Shown: in pieces, positions 55,054 through 64,000 of the stretch
Numbering within the stretch: position 1 is the stretch's first letter
How the letters are laid out: every line of letters begins with the position of its first letter
DNA from: a virus
Length of the DNA stretch: 64,000 nucleotides
Strand: one strand, 5' to 3'
Virus record (IMG/VR): IMGVR_UViG_3300028573_000011
Location: 1 to 64,000 of that record
Program-made: the position numbers and the translations under genes
Notes under the pieces: model-generated
Database searches by the model: none
Told to the model about the DNA's origin: nothing
The model's input: the letters and a program-made list of their open reading frames with translations, nothing else

Positions 55054-56271
55054 ATGCAGGACGCTGCGGATCTCAATGCGCTTCAGCTGCCCTTCCCGCC
55101 AGGGCCCGATGGCGGCCCTCCCCCCCTGTACGCCGAGCTCCGGCAGCGGTGCCCGGTGACCCACGTGACAACGCCGGCCGGGGACGACGTCGTGCTCCTG
55201 CTCACCGCGGACGATGCACGCTACCTCTACGAGGACCCCGACCGGCTACTGTCCCGGAACCTGCGCAGGCCAGGCGCACCCCGGTACGTCGACGGCGCCG
55301 ACCCCACGATGGTTCCGGGCACGATGATGAACGAGGACGACCCCGAGCACCTCCGGCTACGCCGGGCGTGCGCCAGGTGGTTCACACCGCGAGCAGTGGC
55401 CGGCTACCGCGACATGCTCGTCGGCATCGCGGAGGACTTCGCGGATTCGCTGACGTCCTGCTCCAGCCCAGTGGACATCGTGCCGATACTGGCCGCTCCG
55501 CTCCCAGTCAGAGTGATCAGCAGGGTGATCGGTTTTCCCGAGGACGACGACGTCGTCCTGTCGGCCTTGTCCTCGACGATCCTGTCGACCAGCACCTCCG
55601 ACGCCGAGCAACGCATCGCCGCTCGCGCTGAGTTCGTCAGCTACATCCGCGAGATCCTCGACTGGCAGCGGCGGGAGGGCCCGGCGGATACGCTGCTTGC
55701 TCACGTCACCGCAGAGAGCGACCGCGGCGCCGGCCTGACCGAGGCCGAGCTGATCCAGTCGCTGCTCACAGTGATCCTGGCCGGCCACGAAACCACCGCG
55801 CACGTAATCGCCCGCGGCGTCCTAAGATTCCTACGGACCGGCGTCTGGAGCCAACTGGCCGCCGATCCCTCGATCGTGCCGAGCGCCGTGGAGGAGCTAC
55901 TCAGAATTGACGTGCCGGGCCACGGTGCGATCCTGCGCCTGACAATGGAAGACGTCGAACTGCCATCCGGCGTGACGATACCTGCGGGGACCGGGCTCCT
56001 GGCCCCGACTGTGGTGCACAACCACGACCCGGACCGCTACCACGATCCGGACCAGTTCGTGCTCGGCCGGGAGAGCCCCCACCTGACTTTCGGCGACGGC
56101 ACCCATGTCTGTCTCGGCGAGTCCCTCGCGATCGCCGAGCTGGAGGCTGTCTTCACAATCCTCCCTCCGCGTTTCCCCGATCTCCGAGTTGCCGCTGCGC
56201 CTGACGCAGTGAGATGGAGCGATCCGACACTCAAGATCAACGGTCCGACTCGGCTGCTGGTCGCTTGGTAG
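55054..56271 (+). CDS. Cytochrome P450
   Basis: DDPEHLRLR, AGHETT, VEELLR, HLTFGDGTHVCLG. Confidence 0.95.
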   Translation: MQDAADLNALQLPFPPGPDGGPPPLYAELRQRCPVTHVTTPAGDDVVLLLTADDARYLYEDPDRLLSRNLRRPGAPRYVDGADPTMVPGTMMNEDDPEHLRLRRACARWFTPRAVAGYRDMLVGIAEDFADSLTSCSSPVDIVPILAAPLPVRVISRVIGFPEDDDVVLSALSSTILSTSTSDAEQRIAARAEFVSYIREILDWQRREGPADTLLAHVTAESDRGAGLTEAELIQSLLTVILAGHETTAHVIARGVLRFLRTGVWSQLAADPSIVPSAVEELLRIDVPGHGAILRLTMEDVELPSGVTIPAGTGLLAPTVVHNHDPDRYHDPDQFVLGRESPHLTFGDGTHVCLGESLAIAELEAVFTILPPRFPDLRVAAAPDAVRWSDPTLKINGPTRLLVAW

Positions 56272-56321
56272 GACGCTGGTGCGAACAGGGCGTTGAGGCA
56301 ACGAAACTCGCGTTTCTCACG

Positions 56322-56834
56322 CTAGGCAGCTCCCGAAACCGCGTCCAATCCGAGCCCCCAGGGGAACGGCTTGCTCTGGTTCCGGTCCTCGCCGAGGACG
56401 ATGTCCACTCCGTCCCCACGGAGGTACGCCACCGAGCGATCAAACGCGGAATGAGCGGCCTGCCACGAATTCAGGTGGGGCAGCGCCGCCAGCGGTACTG
56501 ACTTGCCGACGCCCTCTGTAATCAGGCCTAGGGCCAGAGTGTCGGCGATCCCCGCGGCCCACTTGTTGATCGTGTTGAAGGAGGCCGGAGCCACCAGGAT
56601 CGCGCTCGCCGGCGGCAGGACGTCGGGCTCTCCGGGGCGCTTGTATCGGAACCGGACGGGGTGCCCCGTCAGCGCTGCTAGGGCTGGCAGTTGGTCCTCC
56701 AGCCACACCGCTGCTGTCGGTGTCAGAATCAAGCACACATCCCAGCCGCGGGCCTTCGCCCGCTCGACCAGATCAGCGATCTCAAGCACCGGCGGTGTAG
56801 CACAGCCAACGAGGTACAGAACAGGTTGAGTCAC
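56322..56834 (-). CDS. Flavoprotein (HFCD/CoaC-like family)
   Basis: ILTPTA, VAPASFNTINKWAAGIADTL. Confidence 0.9.
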   Translation of the reverse strand: MTQPVLYLVGCATPPVLEIADLVERAKARGWDVCLILTPTAAVWLEDQLPALAALTGHPVRFRYKRPGEPDVLPPASAILVAPASFNTINKWAAGIADTLALGLITEGVGKSVPLAALPHLNSWQAAHSAFDRSVAYLRGDGVDIVLGEDRNQSKPFPWGLGLDAVSGAA

Positions 56835-58000
56835 AGGGCTACTCCAGCGCGCAGCGCGAGTGCGCGCAAACCGCGTCCATCCGCTGGCGTCTGTTCGGTG
56901 ATCAGATCGGCGATGACCGCCCGCGCCAGGTTCCATGACCGGACTGTCGCCGGGTCCTCCCGTTCGGCATCCAGCAGCAGTCGTAGGGCTGTGTCGGGTT
57001 TGCCGGCGCGCTGGGCCGAGCGGGCCGTGTCCACCAGGTGGTGGATACGACGCTCCCTGGGCAACGCGGCGTAGCCGCGGGGATCGATCTGCATGACAGC
57101 CTGGAGGGCCTGGTCGTAGAGACCGAGATCGCCAAGTATCGAAGCCTCGTAGACCGAGACGTTGGTGATGTTGAACGTGCTCAGGCGGTGGTTCGCATCG
57201 GGGGCGATCAGCGCAGCCAGAGCGCGGCCTTGCTCGATCATCAGGGTCGCCAGCCCGGGATCGGGAAGGCTGCCCGCCGCGTAGGCCGCCTTCAGGTACA
57301 CCATCCCGAGCGCAGACACCCCGTCGTCTCCCAGCCCGCGCAGATCGCCCCCGTACCGATCGATGACGTCCTGAGCCAGTCCGAGGCCGACGTCCGGGCG
57401 TCCCGATGCGGTGGCGGCGTAGACGGCGCTCTGGGTAGCGAGCGCAATCCCGATGGGGTCGCCCGCGGCTTCGGCCTTCAACACGCCCTCGTGGCCGGCT
57501 GCCCATCCGCCCACCGCGTCGCCGAGCGTGGTGAGCGTGACAGCGGCCAGGTGGCAGACATCGGCGAGCTGCGCGAGCGCGCGCGGCTCCCCAGCGCCGC
57601 CCTCGCGGGCCCGGGCCGCGTTGATCAGGCGCGGCAGCAGGGCCACCGCGTCGTGCCAGCGTCCTGCGTGGAACGCGTGGTAGCCGTATGTGGTCTGTTG
57701 GAGGACGTCGAGTCCCGGGTCCTGTTGTGCGGCCGGGGTGAGCAGAGCGGCCCTGACCTCGTCTGCGGACGTGTCGTCACTACCGTCCGGGTCGTCGTCG
57801 ACGAGGACGGCCAGTGGAACAGCGAGGGTGCGAGCCAGGCTTTTCAGCACGCTGAGACGCGGGTCGGTCTGGAGGCCGCCGCCCTCGAAGCTCTTGACCC
57901 ACGGCAGGCTCATACCGAGCGCGGTCGCGAGCTGTTGCTGCGTCAGGCCGCGCTGAACCCGCAGTGCCTTGACACGTGGTCCGATACCGAGCTCTGCCAT
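56831..58000 (-). CDS. XRE HTH regulator with helical (TPR-like) domain
   Basis: IGPRVKALRVQRGLTQQQLATALGMSLPWVKSFEGG; coupled to flavoprotein. Confidence 0.9.
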   Translation of the reverse strand: MAELGIGPRVKALRVQRGLTQQQLATALGMSLPWVKSFEGGGLQTDPRLSVLKSLARTLAVPLAVLVDDDPDGSDDTSADEVRAALLTPAAQQDPGLDVLQQTTYGYHAFHAGRWHDAVALLPRLINAARAREGGAGEPRALAQLADVCHLAAVTLTTLGDAVGGWAAGHEGVLKAEAAGDPIGIALATQSAVYAATASGRPDVGLGLAQDVIDRYGGDLRGLGDDGVSALGMVYLKAAYAAGSLPDPGLATLMIEQGRALAALIAPDANHRLSTFNITNVSVYEASILGDLGLYDQALQAVMQIDPRGYAALPRERRIHHLVDTARSAQRAGKPDTALRLLLDAEREDPATVRSWNLARAVIADLITEQTPADGRGLRALALRAGVAL

Positions 58001-58084
58001 ATCAAGACGGTATAGGACTCGTATACCCACGGTGAGCGTCTTTGCCGATACCGTCCAAACTACCAGGTCAGAGCGGAGGGCGCC

Positions 58085-58354
58085 GTGGTGGACGAGCTCG
58101 AACAATGGCGCGTTGAAGGACGCGTGGCCAGGGCTGTCAAGAACGTGCAGGAGTCCCTCACGCGGCTGCAAGCCGACGGGCAGGAACTCGCCACCGCCGT
58201 CAACGAGGCCCGCGCCCTCGGCATTTCGCCTCAGCACGCTGGGTCGAGTGCCCTGTCCTGGTGCTGGTTTGGGAATGGCTGCGCACAACGTATGGCCCCA
58301 CCTCGACGAGGAGAGCATGATGCCCCCGCCCCTACGTCAACTTGCACGCGATGA
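58085..58354 (+). CDS. Hypothetical protein
   Basis: RBS GGAGG; divergent from XRE gene. Confidence 0.45.
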   Translation: MVDELEQWRVEGRVARAVKNVQESLTRLQADGQELATAVNEARALGISPQHAGSSALSWCWFGNGCAQRMAPPRRGEHDAPAPTSTCTR

Positions 58355-58517
58355 ATCCGGCCGCATCGGCGAGATCATGGGATCTCCCCAGCCCAACTCG
58401 CGTCTCGTCGCGCTGCGCCCTCCCGGCGGTGGCCTCGAATGGAATGTCCCTGAGGAGTCCATCACACGGGTTGATATCGACGGGAACCCGCTTCAGTCGC
58501 CCCAGGACGATGCATGA
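58317..58517 (+). CDS. Small conserved actinobacterial protein (LRPxGGGxEW)
   Basis: RIGEIMG...LRPPGGGLEW; RBS GAGGAG. Confidence 0.7.
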   Translation: MMPPPLRQLARDESGRIGEIMGSPQPNSRLVALRPPGGGLEWNVPEESITRVDIDGNPLQSPQDDA

Positions 58518-58813
58518 GCCAGCGACCGACGCCTGACGACGTCACCCTCTTCGGCGGTCGCCAAACGTGCCGTGCTGATCGCCTGGCCGTCGGCACATGT
58601 ATCTCAGCTGGCTGGACCTGTGGGCCCATCGCCGAGCTGCGCCGCGGCGTACCCATCACTCACGAAGGCGAGGTCGTCCAACGTGTCAGTGCACGTATCA
58701 AGGACGATGACCAGTGGCATACCTGGTGGCCCGGTGACCGCGTCTACCTCGAGCCCCCGGCTCACCTGCTCCCGCTCCTGGCGCCGCCTGCCGCGCCCAC
58801 GATGCCATCGTAG
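58514..58813 (+). CDS. Hypothetical protein
   Basis: ATGA-coupled. Confidence 0.5.
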   Translation: MSQRPTPDDVTLFGGRQTCRADRLAVGTCISAGWTCGPIAELRRGVPITHEGEVVQRVSARIKDDDQWHTWWPGDRVYLEPPAHLLPLLAPPAAPTMPS

Positions 58814-58929
58814 CCGGACGTAAGTCTGTGCCGCCGGGCTCGTCTTCGTCCAGCGAGTTTCCAACTACGACGACTACGGCTGGCCAACAAGCGCGTTGGG
58901 CGGCTTGGTGGCCGGGAACGCAAAGAAGC

Positions 58930-58962
58930 CGCCCGCCCTCCCCTTGACGGGGAGGGCGGGCG
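58930..58962 (-). terminator. Terminator of late/lysis operon
   Basis: CGCCCGCCCTCCCC/GGGGAGGGCGGGCG hairpin then GCTTCTTT on the minus strand. Confidence 0.75.
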
Positions 58963-58975
58963 ATGCAGTGGTTTG

Positions 58976-59662
58976 CTATGAGCGCGGACGCTCCGGCGGG
59001 AATGCCAGCGCGCCGAACAGGAGCAGGAGGGGCCAGGCGGGTACGCCTTGCTCGTGGGTATCGGCAGCTCGGATCGCGGCTGGGGACGCTGACGGCGTGC
59101 CGGGGTCGGATGCCTCGCAGACCACCGCGGCGTGCTCGTTGATCGTCTCCGGCGTCGCGGTGTAGCCGTCAGGACATTGGGGCCCGGCGGGCCCGGACGG
59201 TCCGGTAGGGCCCGGGTTCCCGGCGGGGCCCTGTTCGCCGGCCGGGCCCGATGGCCCCGGCGGTCCAGGCTCGCCTTCCGCGCCGGCGGGACCGGCAGCT
59301 CCTTCCGCGCCGGTCGGTCCGGCTGGCCCGGCCGGGCCCGGAGATCCCGCTGGGCCCGCTGTTCCCGGCGCGCCGGATGGGCCAGCAGCGCCGGCGGGAC
59401 CGGATTGGATCCGCTCGATGATCTGCTGTGGGGCGGGCTGGGATGGTGCGATCCCGTGCTGCTTCAGCTGTTCCTGGGCTCCGGTCAGGTTCACGGACAG
59501 GTCGGAGATCGTCTGGGCCTGGCGTGTTTGCTGCTGGCGCAGCCCTTGCAGCTGGTGCGAGGCCGCGCCGAGTTCGGCCAGCATGAAGCCCAGCACGATG
59601 CCCACGGCCGTGACCAGGACGGCCACGACCGCGTTCCACCAGTGGCGGCGGATCCAGTCCAT
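58976..59662 (-). CDS. Collagen-like membrane protein (lysis cassette)
   Basis: TM helix, coiled coil, (Gly-X-Y)n run, CPDGY...VVC. Confidence 0.85.
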   Translation of the reverse strand: MDWIRRHWWNAVVAVLVTAVGIVLGFMLAELGAASHQLQGLRQQQTRQAQTISDLSVNLTGAQEQLKQHGIAPSQPAPQQIIERIQSGPAGAAGPSGAPGTAGPAGSPGPAGPAGPTGAEGAAGPAGAEGEPGPPGPSGPAGEQGPAGNPGPTGPSGPAGPQCPDGYTATPETINEHAAVVCEASDPGTPSASPAAIRAADTHEQGVPAWPLLLLFGALAFPPERPRS

Positions 59663-60027
59663 CAGTGGATGCCCTTCGACTGCCCCAGGAGCGTAACGAC
59701 CACCAGCGCGAGCGCGGCCAGCGCGCTGATCAGCCCGATGGCCTTCTGCCAGGTGAGCTCCGCGCGAGAGCTGGTCTCGTCGCGGAGATCACGGATCTCT
59801 TTGCGTACTTCGTCAACGTCGCCGGACAGCGTCTGCCCGAGGTCCTTCGTGCTCTGCTCCACGCGCGCGATGTGCTCCACGAGCGCCTTGTGCTGGACGT
59901 TCCAGAGGGCGACCGGTAGGAGTTCGGTAGCCAGCCGCGTGATCTGTGCCGCGAGGGCCTGGTCTGCGGTTTCCAGCCGAGCGATGGCGCGGCCGGCTTC
60001 GCGCGGGGTCAGCCCGTCGTCGGTCAC
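59662..60027 (-). CDS. Holin-like coiled-coil membrane protein
   Basis: C-terminal TM helix, follows endolysin. Confidence 0.65.
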   Translation of the reverse strand: MTDDGLTPREAGRAIARLETADQALAAQITRLATELLPVALWNVQHKALVEHIARVEQSTKDLGQTLSGDVDEVRKEIRDLRDETSSRAELTWQKAIGLISALAALALVVVTLLGQSKGIH

Positions 60028-60044
60028 CAGATCTCCAGACGCGG

Positions 60045-61019
60045 TTACGGGGTGGCTAAGGCTGTGGCCAGGTGCGCGACGACGGCGGTCGCGATCTGGT
60101 CCGCGGTTGCCCCGGCAATCAGCAGCGGGGCCAGTGCGGCGGCCAGCGCCTTCGCGTCGACGGCCGGGGGCTGCTGGATCTTGACGGCCAGTGCGTTGAC
60201 GGCGTCGCGGGCCTGCTTGGCGTACAGGGCCGCGGCCCGGGCGCCGCCGTCGGCCCAGATCAGCGCGGCGTCGTCGTCGAACTGGCCATTCGCCGGGAAG
60301 TCAGCCGCGATCTCCGGCCACTTCTGGCCGATGGTGGCTGGGATGGTGCCCATGAGGTCTCCGGAGGTGGTGGCGGTCGCTGTCGGCGTTTCCGCGCTGA
60401 GGAGGGTGAGGAGTTGCGCGACGGTGCCCCGGAAGGCGTTGTAGTCGAGCGCGCGACCGCCGTCGGTGGCCTGGTTGGTGTACTGGTACAGCGCGGGGGT
60501 CACACCGCCGTAGGCGTTCCAGCCCGAGGCCTTGTCCCCGGGGTACAGGTGCGTGGGGCTGCCGGCCCCCCCGGGGTAGGCCGAGGAGATGAGTCCCAGG
60601 CCGCGCGAGGTCAGGCCGCTCAGGCTCGGCGACCCGAGCTCCTGCCAGTACCAGTGCGGGAGGTAGACCAGGCGCAGCCGCAGTCCCGCCGCCTTCGCCG
60701 CGTCGGCGTAGGCCAGCACCTGGCTCAGGGTGGGTTTGGACGAGCCGGACGGCTCGACGTCGAGCATGCCCGGCAGGGTCGGGTCGCCCACACACGCCTT
60801 GGTGTGCGCGATCTGCGCCGGGACGCTCTCGCTGGTCAGGAAGTGGTACCAGACGAAGGGCCGCTTCAGGCTCGCGGCCTGCCGCCGCCAGCCCTGGTAC
60901 GCGGAGTCGGTGTAGTACGTGCCCTCGCTCGCCTTGGCGATGACGAAGGAGGCGGCCGCGAGGCGCGACAGGTCCAGCCCGGCCTGATAGGCGGAGATGT
61001 CGGGTCCGTGGATCGTCAC
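60045..61019 (-). CDS. Endolysin, GH25 lysozyme
   Basis: DISAYQ, AKASEG, YHFL, MLDVE, YQYT, LDYNAFRG; RBS AGGAGG. Confidence 0.92.
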   Translation of the reverse strand: MTIHGPDISAYQAGLDLSRLAAASFVIAKASEGTYYTDSAYQGWRRQAASLKRPFVWYHFLTSESVPAQIAHTKACVGDPTLPGMLDVEPSGSSKPTLSQVLAYADAAKAAGLRLRLVYLPHWYWQELGSPSLSGLTSRGLGLISSAYPGGAGSPTHLYPGDKASGWNAYGGVTPALYQYTNQATDGGRALDYNAFRGTVAQLLTLLSAETPTATATTSGDLMGTIPATIGQKWPEIAADFPANGQFDDDAALIWADGGARAAALYAKQARDAVNALAVKIQQPPAVDAKALAAALAPLLIAGATADQIATAVVAHLATALATP

Positions 61020-61345
61020 GGCGTGGCCTCCTGGGGCGGTTCGTCTCCTGCTGCGGGAAAAGGCCCTGCGAGTCGTGCGGCGGCGGCGATCCCGGCGGCC
61101 GAGATGCGGGCGGGGACCCGGGGATGGTGCCGCTTGCAGGTCTTGAACGGTGTGCCCGGGACCGGGTGGATGGCTGGCCGCCAGCAGCGCTTCGGGTGGT
61201 CCACGTGGCAGAGGTGCCGCTTGTAGTGGGCGGCAAGGGTGCCGATGATGGCGAGTTCGCCGAGGTCGGAGCCCATGCCGGACCACCACATGTACCAGTA
61301 GCCTGATCCGCTGTCCAGGCCGAGCACGTGCGCGAGCCAGTTCAC
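61016..61345 (-). CDS. Small membrane/zinc protein
   Basis: WYMWWSGMGSDLGEL..., CH...CWR...CKRHHP. Confidence 0.7.
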   Translation of the reverse strand: MNWLAHVLGLDSGSGYWYMWWSGMGSDLGELAIIGTLAAHYKRHLCHVDHPKRCWRPAIHPVPGTPFKTCKRHHPRVPARISAAGIAAAARLAGPFPAAGDEPPQEATP

Positions 61346-61788
61346 GCCGGCTCGTCTCTGGCCGGCACGAACTCGGCCGCGGCGTCAGAGCCGTCGCGTC
61401 GCCACCGGTTGGCCTCCCAGAGCGCCGCAGGCAGCACGTGGATGCCGTAGTGGGTCCGGTGGTGCGCCGCGCACAGCACCTCCAGGTTCCCCGGGGACTC
61501 AGCCCAGGCCTGGAAATCCTCGTCGGAGTTGAAGTGCAGCCCCAGGGCTCGTTCGATCTTGTGCGGGTCGGTGTGGTTGATCTGGGAGAACTCCACGTGG
61601 GTGTGGTGGAGCTCCGGCGTGCCGTCGCAGAGGTCGTCGTCGATGACACACTTCCACAGGCCCTGGCGCTTCAGCCGGGCCTTCGCGGCTTCGAACAGGT
61701 GGTAATGGGGGTCGTTCTCGCGCGGGGCGTGTTCGGGGATGTGCGTCAGCAGATGCACTGTCTGGCGCTGGTCGTGGGCCGCGGTCAT
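61342..61788 (-). CDS. HNH-like zinc protein
   Basis: CVI...C...ELHH...NLEVLCAAHHR. Confidence 0.65.
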   Translation of the reverse strand: MTAAHDQRQTVHLLTHIPEHAPRENDPHYHLFEAAKARLKRQGLWKCVIDDDLCDGTPELHHTHVEFSQINHTDPHKIERALGLHFNSDEDFQAWAESPGNLEVLCAAHHRTHYGIHVLPAALWEANRWRRDGSDAAAEFVPARDEPA

Positions 61789-61827
61789 CGTGGTCCTGCC
61801 TGGAATTCGACTGTGGAGAGAACTTGG

Positions 61828-62364
61828 CTACGAATGCAGCCAGAACAGCGTGAAAGTCGATGTGATGTCCGAAGACGTGAAGGTGTTCAGCGGGCTTCCA
61901 GTGCTTTGCGACACGTACAGTTCGACATAGTCTCCTACGTTCAGGAAGACGGGCATCGAAACTGCCGGATATGCGGTTGCGTTTCCTGTGGACACCGGTG
62001 GTGCAAAGGTCGTGGTCCCCTGGATCACCGTGCCGTTCTTCGCGAACTTCACGCCTCGTGCGCTCGTACTGCTCGACGCGAAAGCGCCGCATCCAGCAAG
62101 CATGTACCAGCCGGCCACCTGGGCCGTGATCCTGGTGTTGTTGACCGAGTTGCTGTGCTGATTGTCGGTATCGAGATTCGATCCGTCATAGTTGACCGGA
62201 GCCCAGATGCCGCTGGGGATGGACTGTGTGGCGATCTGATACACGGAGGCGGCCGGAACCGCTGTCAGAAAAGAGTTGCTGGCGGCAGGGCCCGCATTCC
62301 ACAGAGCACCGGTCACCAGATTTCCCGGGGCTTGGTTTGCACTGACGGGGACTGTCCGGGGCAC
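61828..62364 (-). CDS. Tail fibre/receptor-binding protein, C1q-like domain
   Basis: TRITAQVAGWY...FLNVGDYVELYVSQ; RBS AGGAGG. Confidence 0.75.
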   Translation of the reverse strand: MPRTVPVSANQAPGNLVTGALWNAGPAASNSFLTAVPAASVYQIATQSIPSGIWAPVNYDGSNLDTDNQHSNSVNNTRITAQVAGWYMLAGCGAFASSSTSARGVKFAKNGTVIQGTTTFAPPVSTGNATAYPAVSMPVFLNVGDYVELYVSQSTGSPLNTFTSSDITSTFTLFWLHS

Positions 62365-62403
62365 GATACCCTCCTTTTTCTGTATTTCGCCGCAGGCACA
62401 AAT

Positions 62404-62430
62404 GCGCCCCGCACGGCATGTGCGGGGCGC
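62404..62430 (-). terminator. Hairpin between tail genes
   Basis: GCGCCCCGCAC/GTGCGGGGCGC followed by ATTTGT on the minus strand. Confidence 0.55.
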
Positions 62431-62444
62431 TGAAGTGCTTGGGA

Positions 62445-64000
62445 TTAGTAGGCGAATTGGGCGGTATCGAATACCGCGAACGCGTCGTAGACGGTAGAAC
62501 TGGTGACCCCGGCTGGCATCGGCTCGCAGACGGCAGCGCTGACTGCGTGGTTCTGCGTGAGGTTCGCGGTCAGCGTGATGGTCACCGAGGTGTAGCCGGG
62601 CGACGTCACCGGAACCCCGCCGGTTGCGATCGTCACGGTCTCCTGCGTCCCGGCGCCGAGGTCCAGGACGAGCTGCTGGCCTCCGCACAGGGTGCCCGCG
62701 GCCGGGTTGGTCGCTGCGTCGGCCAGCGGGTTGAGCACGATGGTGTTCGCGCCGGCGCTCGCCGGGTTCTTCAGCGTGGCGTGGATCGATGTGAAGACCG
62801 CATAGGGCGTCGTGGTGAACGGGCTGATCTGGAACGAGCTGGTCCAGTTCCCGCTGTCGTCGCCGGAGTGCGTGATCTGCTCGATGAAGCCGTCCATAGT
62901 GATCATCGGTGCAGGCGATGGCGGGCGGCGGTTGATCCGAACGCGCTGGCCGAGGTCCAGCGCGAGCACGCTCGGGAAGAGGGCCGGGTTGGACCCCAGA
63001 TCCACCAGCAGCTGCGAGATCCGCGGGTGGGGGTCCTTGTACCTCGACAGGTGGAAGTTTGCTGCGTCCTGGCATTCGAAGCCCGACGAGGACTGGTTGT
63101 TCCGGGTCATCGTGCGGGTGCCGTAGGCGGCCTGGCTGGCTGCGTTCGCCGCGGAGAATTCCTGGTTGGTCGACGACTGCGTGACCACGATCGCGTTCGA
63201 GATGTGCGTCGTGTCGTCGTCGATCGTCAGGGACGTGTACGGCAGCTCCCCGGCGTTCTCACCGAACGTCGCCACGGGGGTCGTCGCCAGGTAGCGACGG
63301 CTGCGCGCCTGGAACGTGAGGGCTCCCCCGGCGGCGATGAAGTGCTGGCCGGCCTCGGTGTTGACGACGTCCTGCAGAGCACTGAGAGCGTCGGATCCGC
63401 TGATGTCGTTGCAGGGGCCCATGCTCAGCGTCGAGCCGGTGTCGATGCTCGTGGGCCCGGTGTAGCCGCCGTATCCGGCGATCCGGGCGTAGCGGCTGCC
63501 CGAGGACTCCCCGGTGAAAGCGGTACGCCATGCGCTGTACAGGTTCGCGATCTGGCCGTTGGTCAGGACCGTGGGCCACTGGGCGTAGTGCGCGAGGTCT
63601 CCGGCGAAGTTGCTGCCGATGGCGCCGCTGAGCGGCCACATGCTGCCGCCGATGGATTCGTACGTGGCATTGGTCGGGTGCACGTCGAAGCCGCCGGAGG
63701 AGCCGGTGGCGACGTTCCCGTCGATCCAGAGGTTGACGGTCTGGCCGTTCGCCGACATCGTGATGAAGACCAGGTGCCAGTTGCCGTCGTTGGCCGTGAC
63801 CGAGGTGTTGGTGACGCTGACTGAATGGTTGGCGGCGTTGTTGACCTGGACGAACAGCTGGGTTCCGGACGTGATCAGGTTGACGTTCCAGAAGTCGTTG
63901 AACAGCCCGCTCACGGCGCCCGGGGTGGCGCCCGCGAGGGCGTTGCCGCCCGCGGAGGTGGTGGTCGACCGGAACGCGATCATCCGGGTGAATCCGCCGG
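62445..64000 (-). CDS. Minor tail protein with LamG-like domain (5' end outside window)
   Basis: NDGNWHLV...LWIDG LamG pattern, then SQAAYG.R, LDLGQRVRINRRP, GFIEQITH. Confidence 0.85.
   Translation of the reverse strand, partial: GGFTRMIAFRSTTTSAGGNALAGATPGAVSGLFNDFWNVNLITSGTQLFVQVNNAANHSVSVTNTSVTANDGNWHLVFITMSANGQTVNLWIDGNVATGSSGGFDVHPTNATYESIGGSMWPLSGAIGSNFAGDLAHYAQWPTVLTNGQIANLYSAWRTAFTGESSGSRYARIAGYGGYTGPTSIDTGSTLSMGPCNDISGSDALSALQDVVNTEAGQHFIAAGGALTFQARSRRYLATTPVATFGENAGELPYTSLTIDDDTTHISNAIVVTQSSTNQEFSAANAASQAAYGTRTMTRNNQSSSGFECQDAANFHLSRYKDPHPRISQLLVDLGSNPALFPSVLALDLGQRVRINRRPPSPAPMITMDGFIEQITHSGDDSGNWTSSFQISPFTTTPYAVFTSIHATLKNPASAGANTIVLNPLADAATNPAAGTLCGGQQLVLDLGAGTQETVTIATGGVPVTSPGYTSVTITLTANLTQNHAVSAAVCEPMPAGVTSSTVYDAFAVFDTAQFAY

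Noticed and set aside
55054-56834. RiPP cluster from P450 plus HFCD flavoprotein
   Set aside because: Genes are convergent, no precursor was found, and XRE-flavoprotein pairs are common on their own in actinomycetes.

Overview
High-GC DNA from a temperate actinobacteriophage-like element, probably with a Streptomycetaceae host (inferred from TraB, BldN, BldC, LAxTG and TTGTCCACA DnaA-box signals). Left to right: (1) a Ro60/TROVE gene running off the left edge, preceded by five tandem Y-RNA-like elements (three tRNA-mimic YrlA-type, one short Y-like RNA, one bare 28-nt Ro-binding hairpin); (2) a Streptomyces plasmid/AICE-type conjugation module (FtsK-like TraB, Spd-like protein, BldC/Xis-like HTH, KorSA-like GntR) with its own Rep gene and iterons; (3) accessory genes: an acidic peptide coupled to a stand-alone PIMT-like methyltransferase, three paralogous gene cassettes each behind a conserved ~82-bp promoter/operator/leader repeat plus an orphan fourth leader copy, an orphan Phd regulator, NUDIX, and a LAxTG micropeptide coupled to a hyaluronan/chitin-synthase-like GT2; (4) a long leftward early region with three RNAP alpha-CTD proteins, a degenerate DnaB domain, three DUF6745-like paralogues, a second Rep with iterons and DnaA boxes, RusA, C5 DNA methyltransferase, a BldN-like sigma factor and a RecE/annealase pair; (5) cro/repressor, a tRNA-3'-end att core with arm repeats, and a tyrosine integrase; (6) cargo (tandem HxlR, P450, flavoprotein/XRE); (7) lysis and tail genes running off the right edge. 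Phage genes lie on both sides of the att core, which suggests the excised (attP) form. Family assignments come from recognising motifs by eye; no searches were run.
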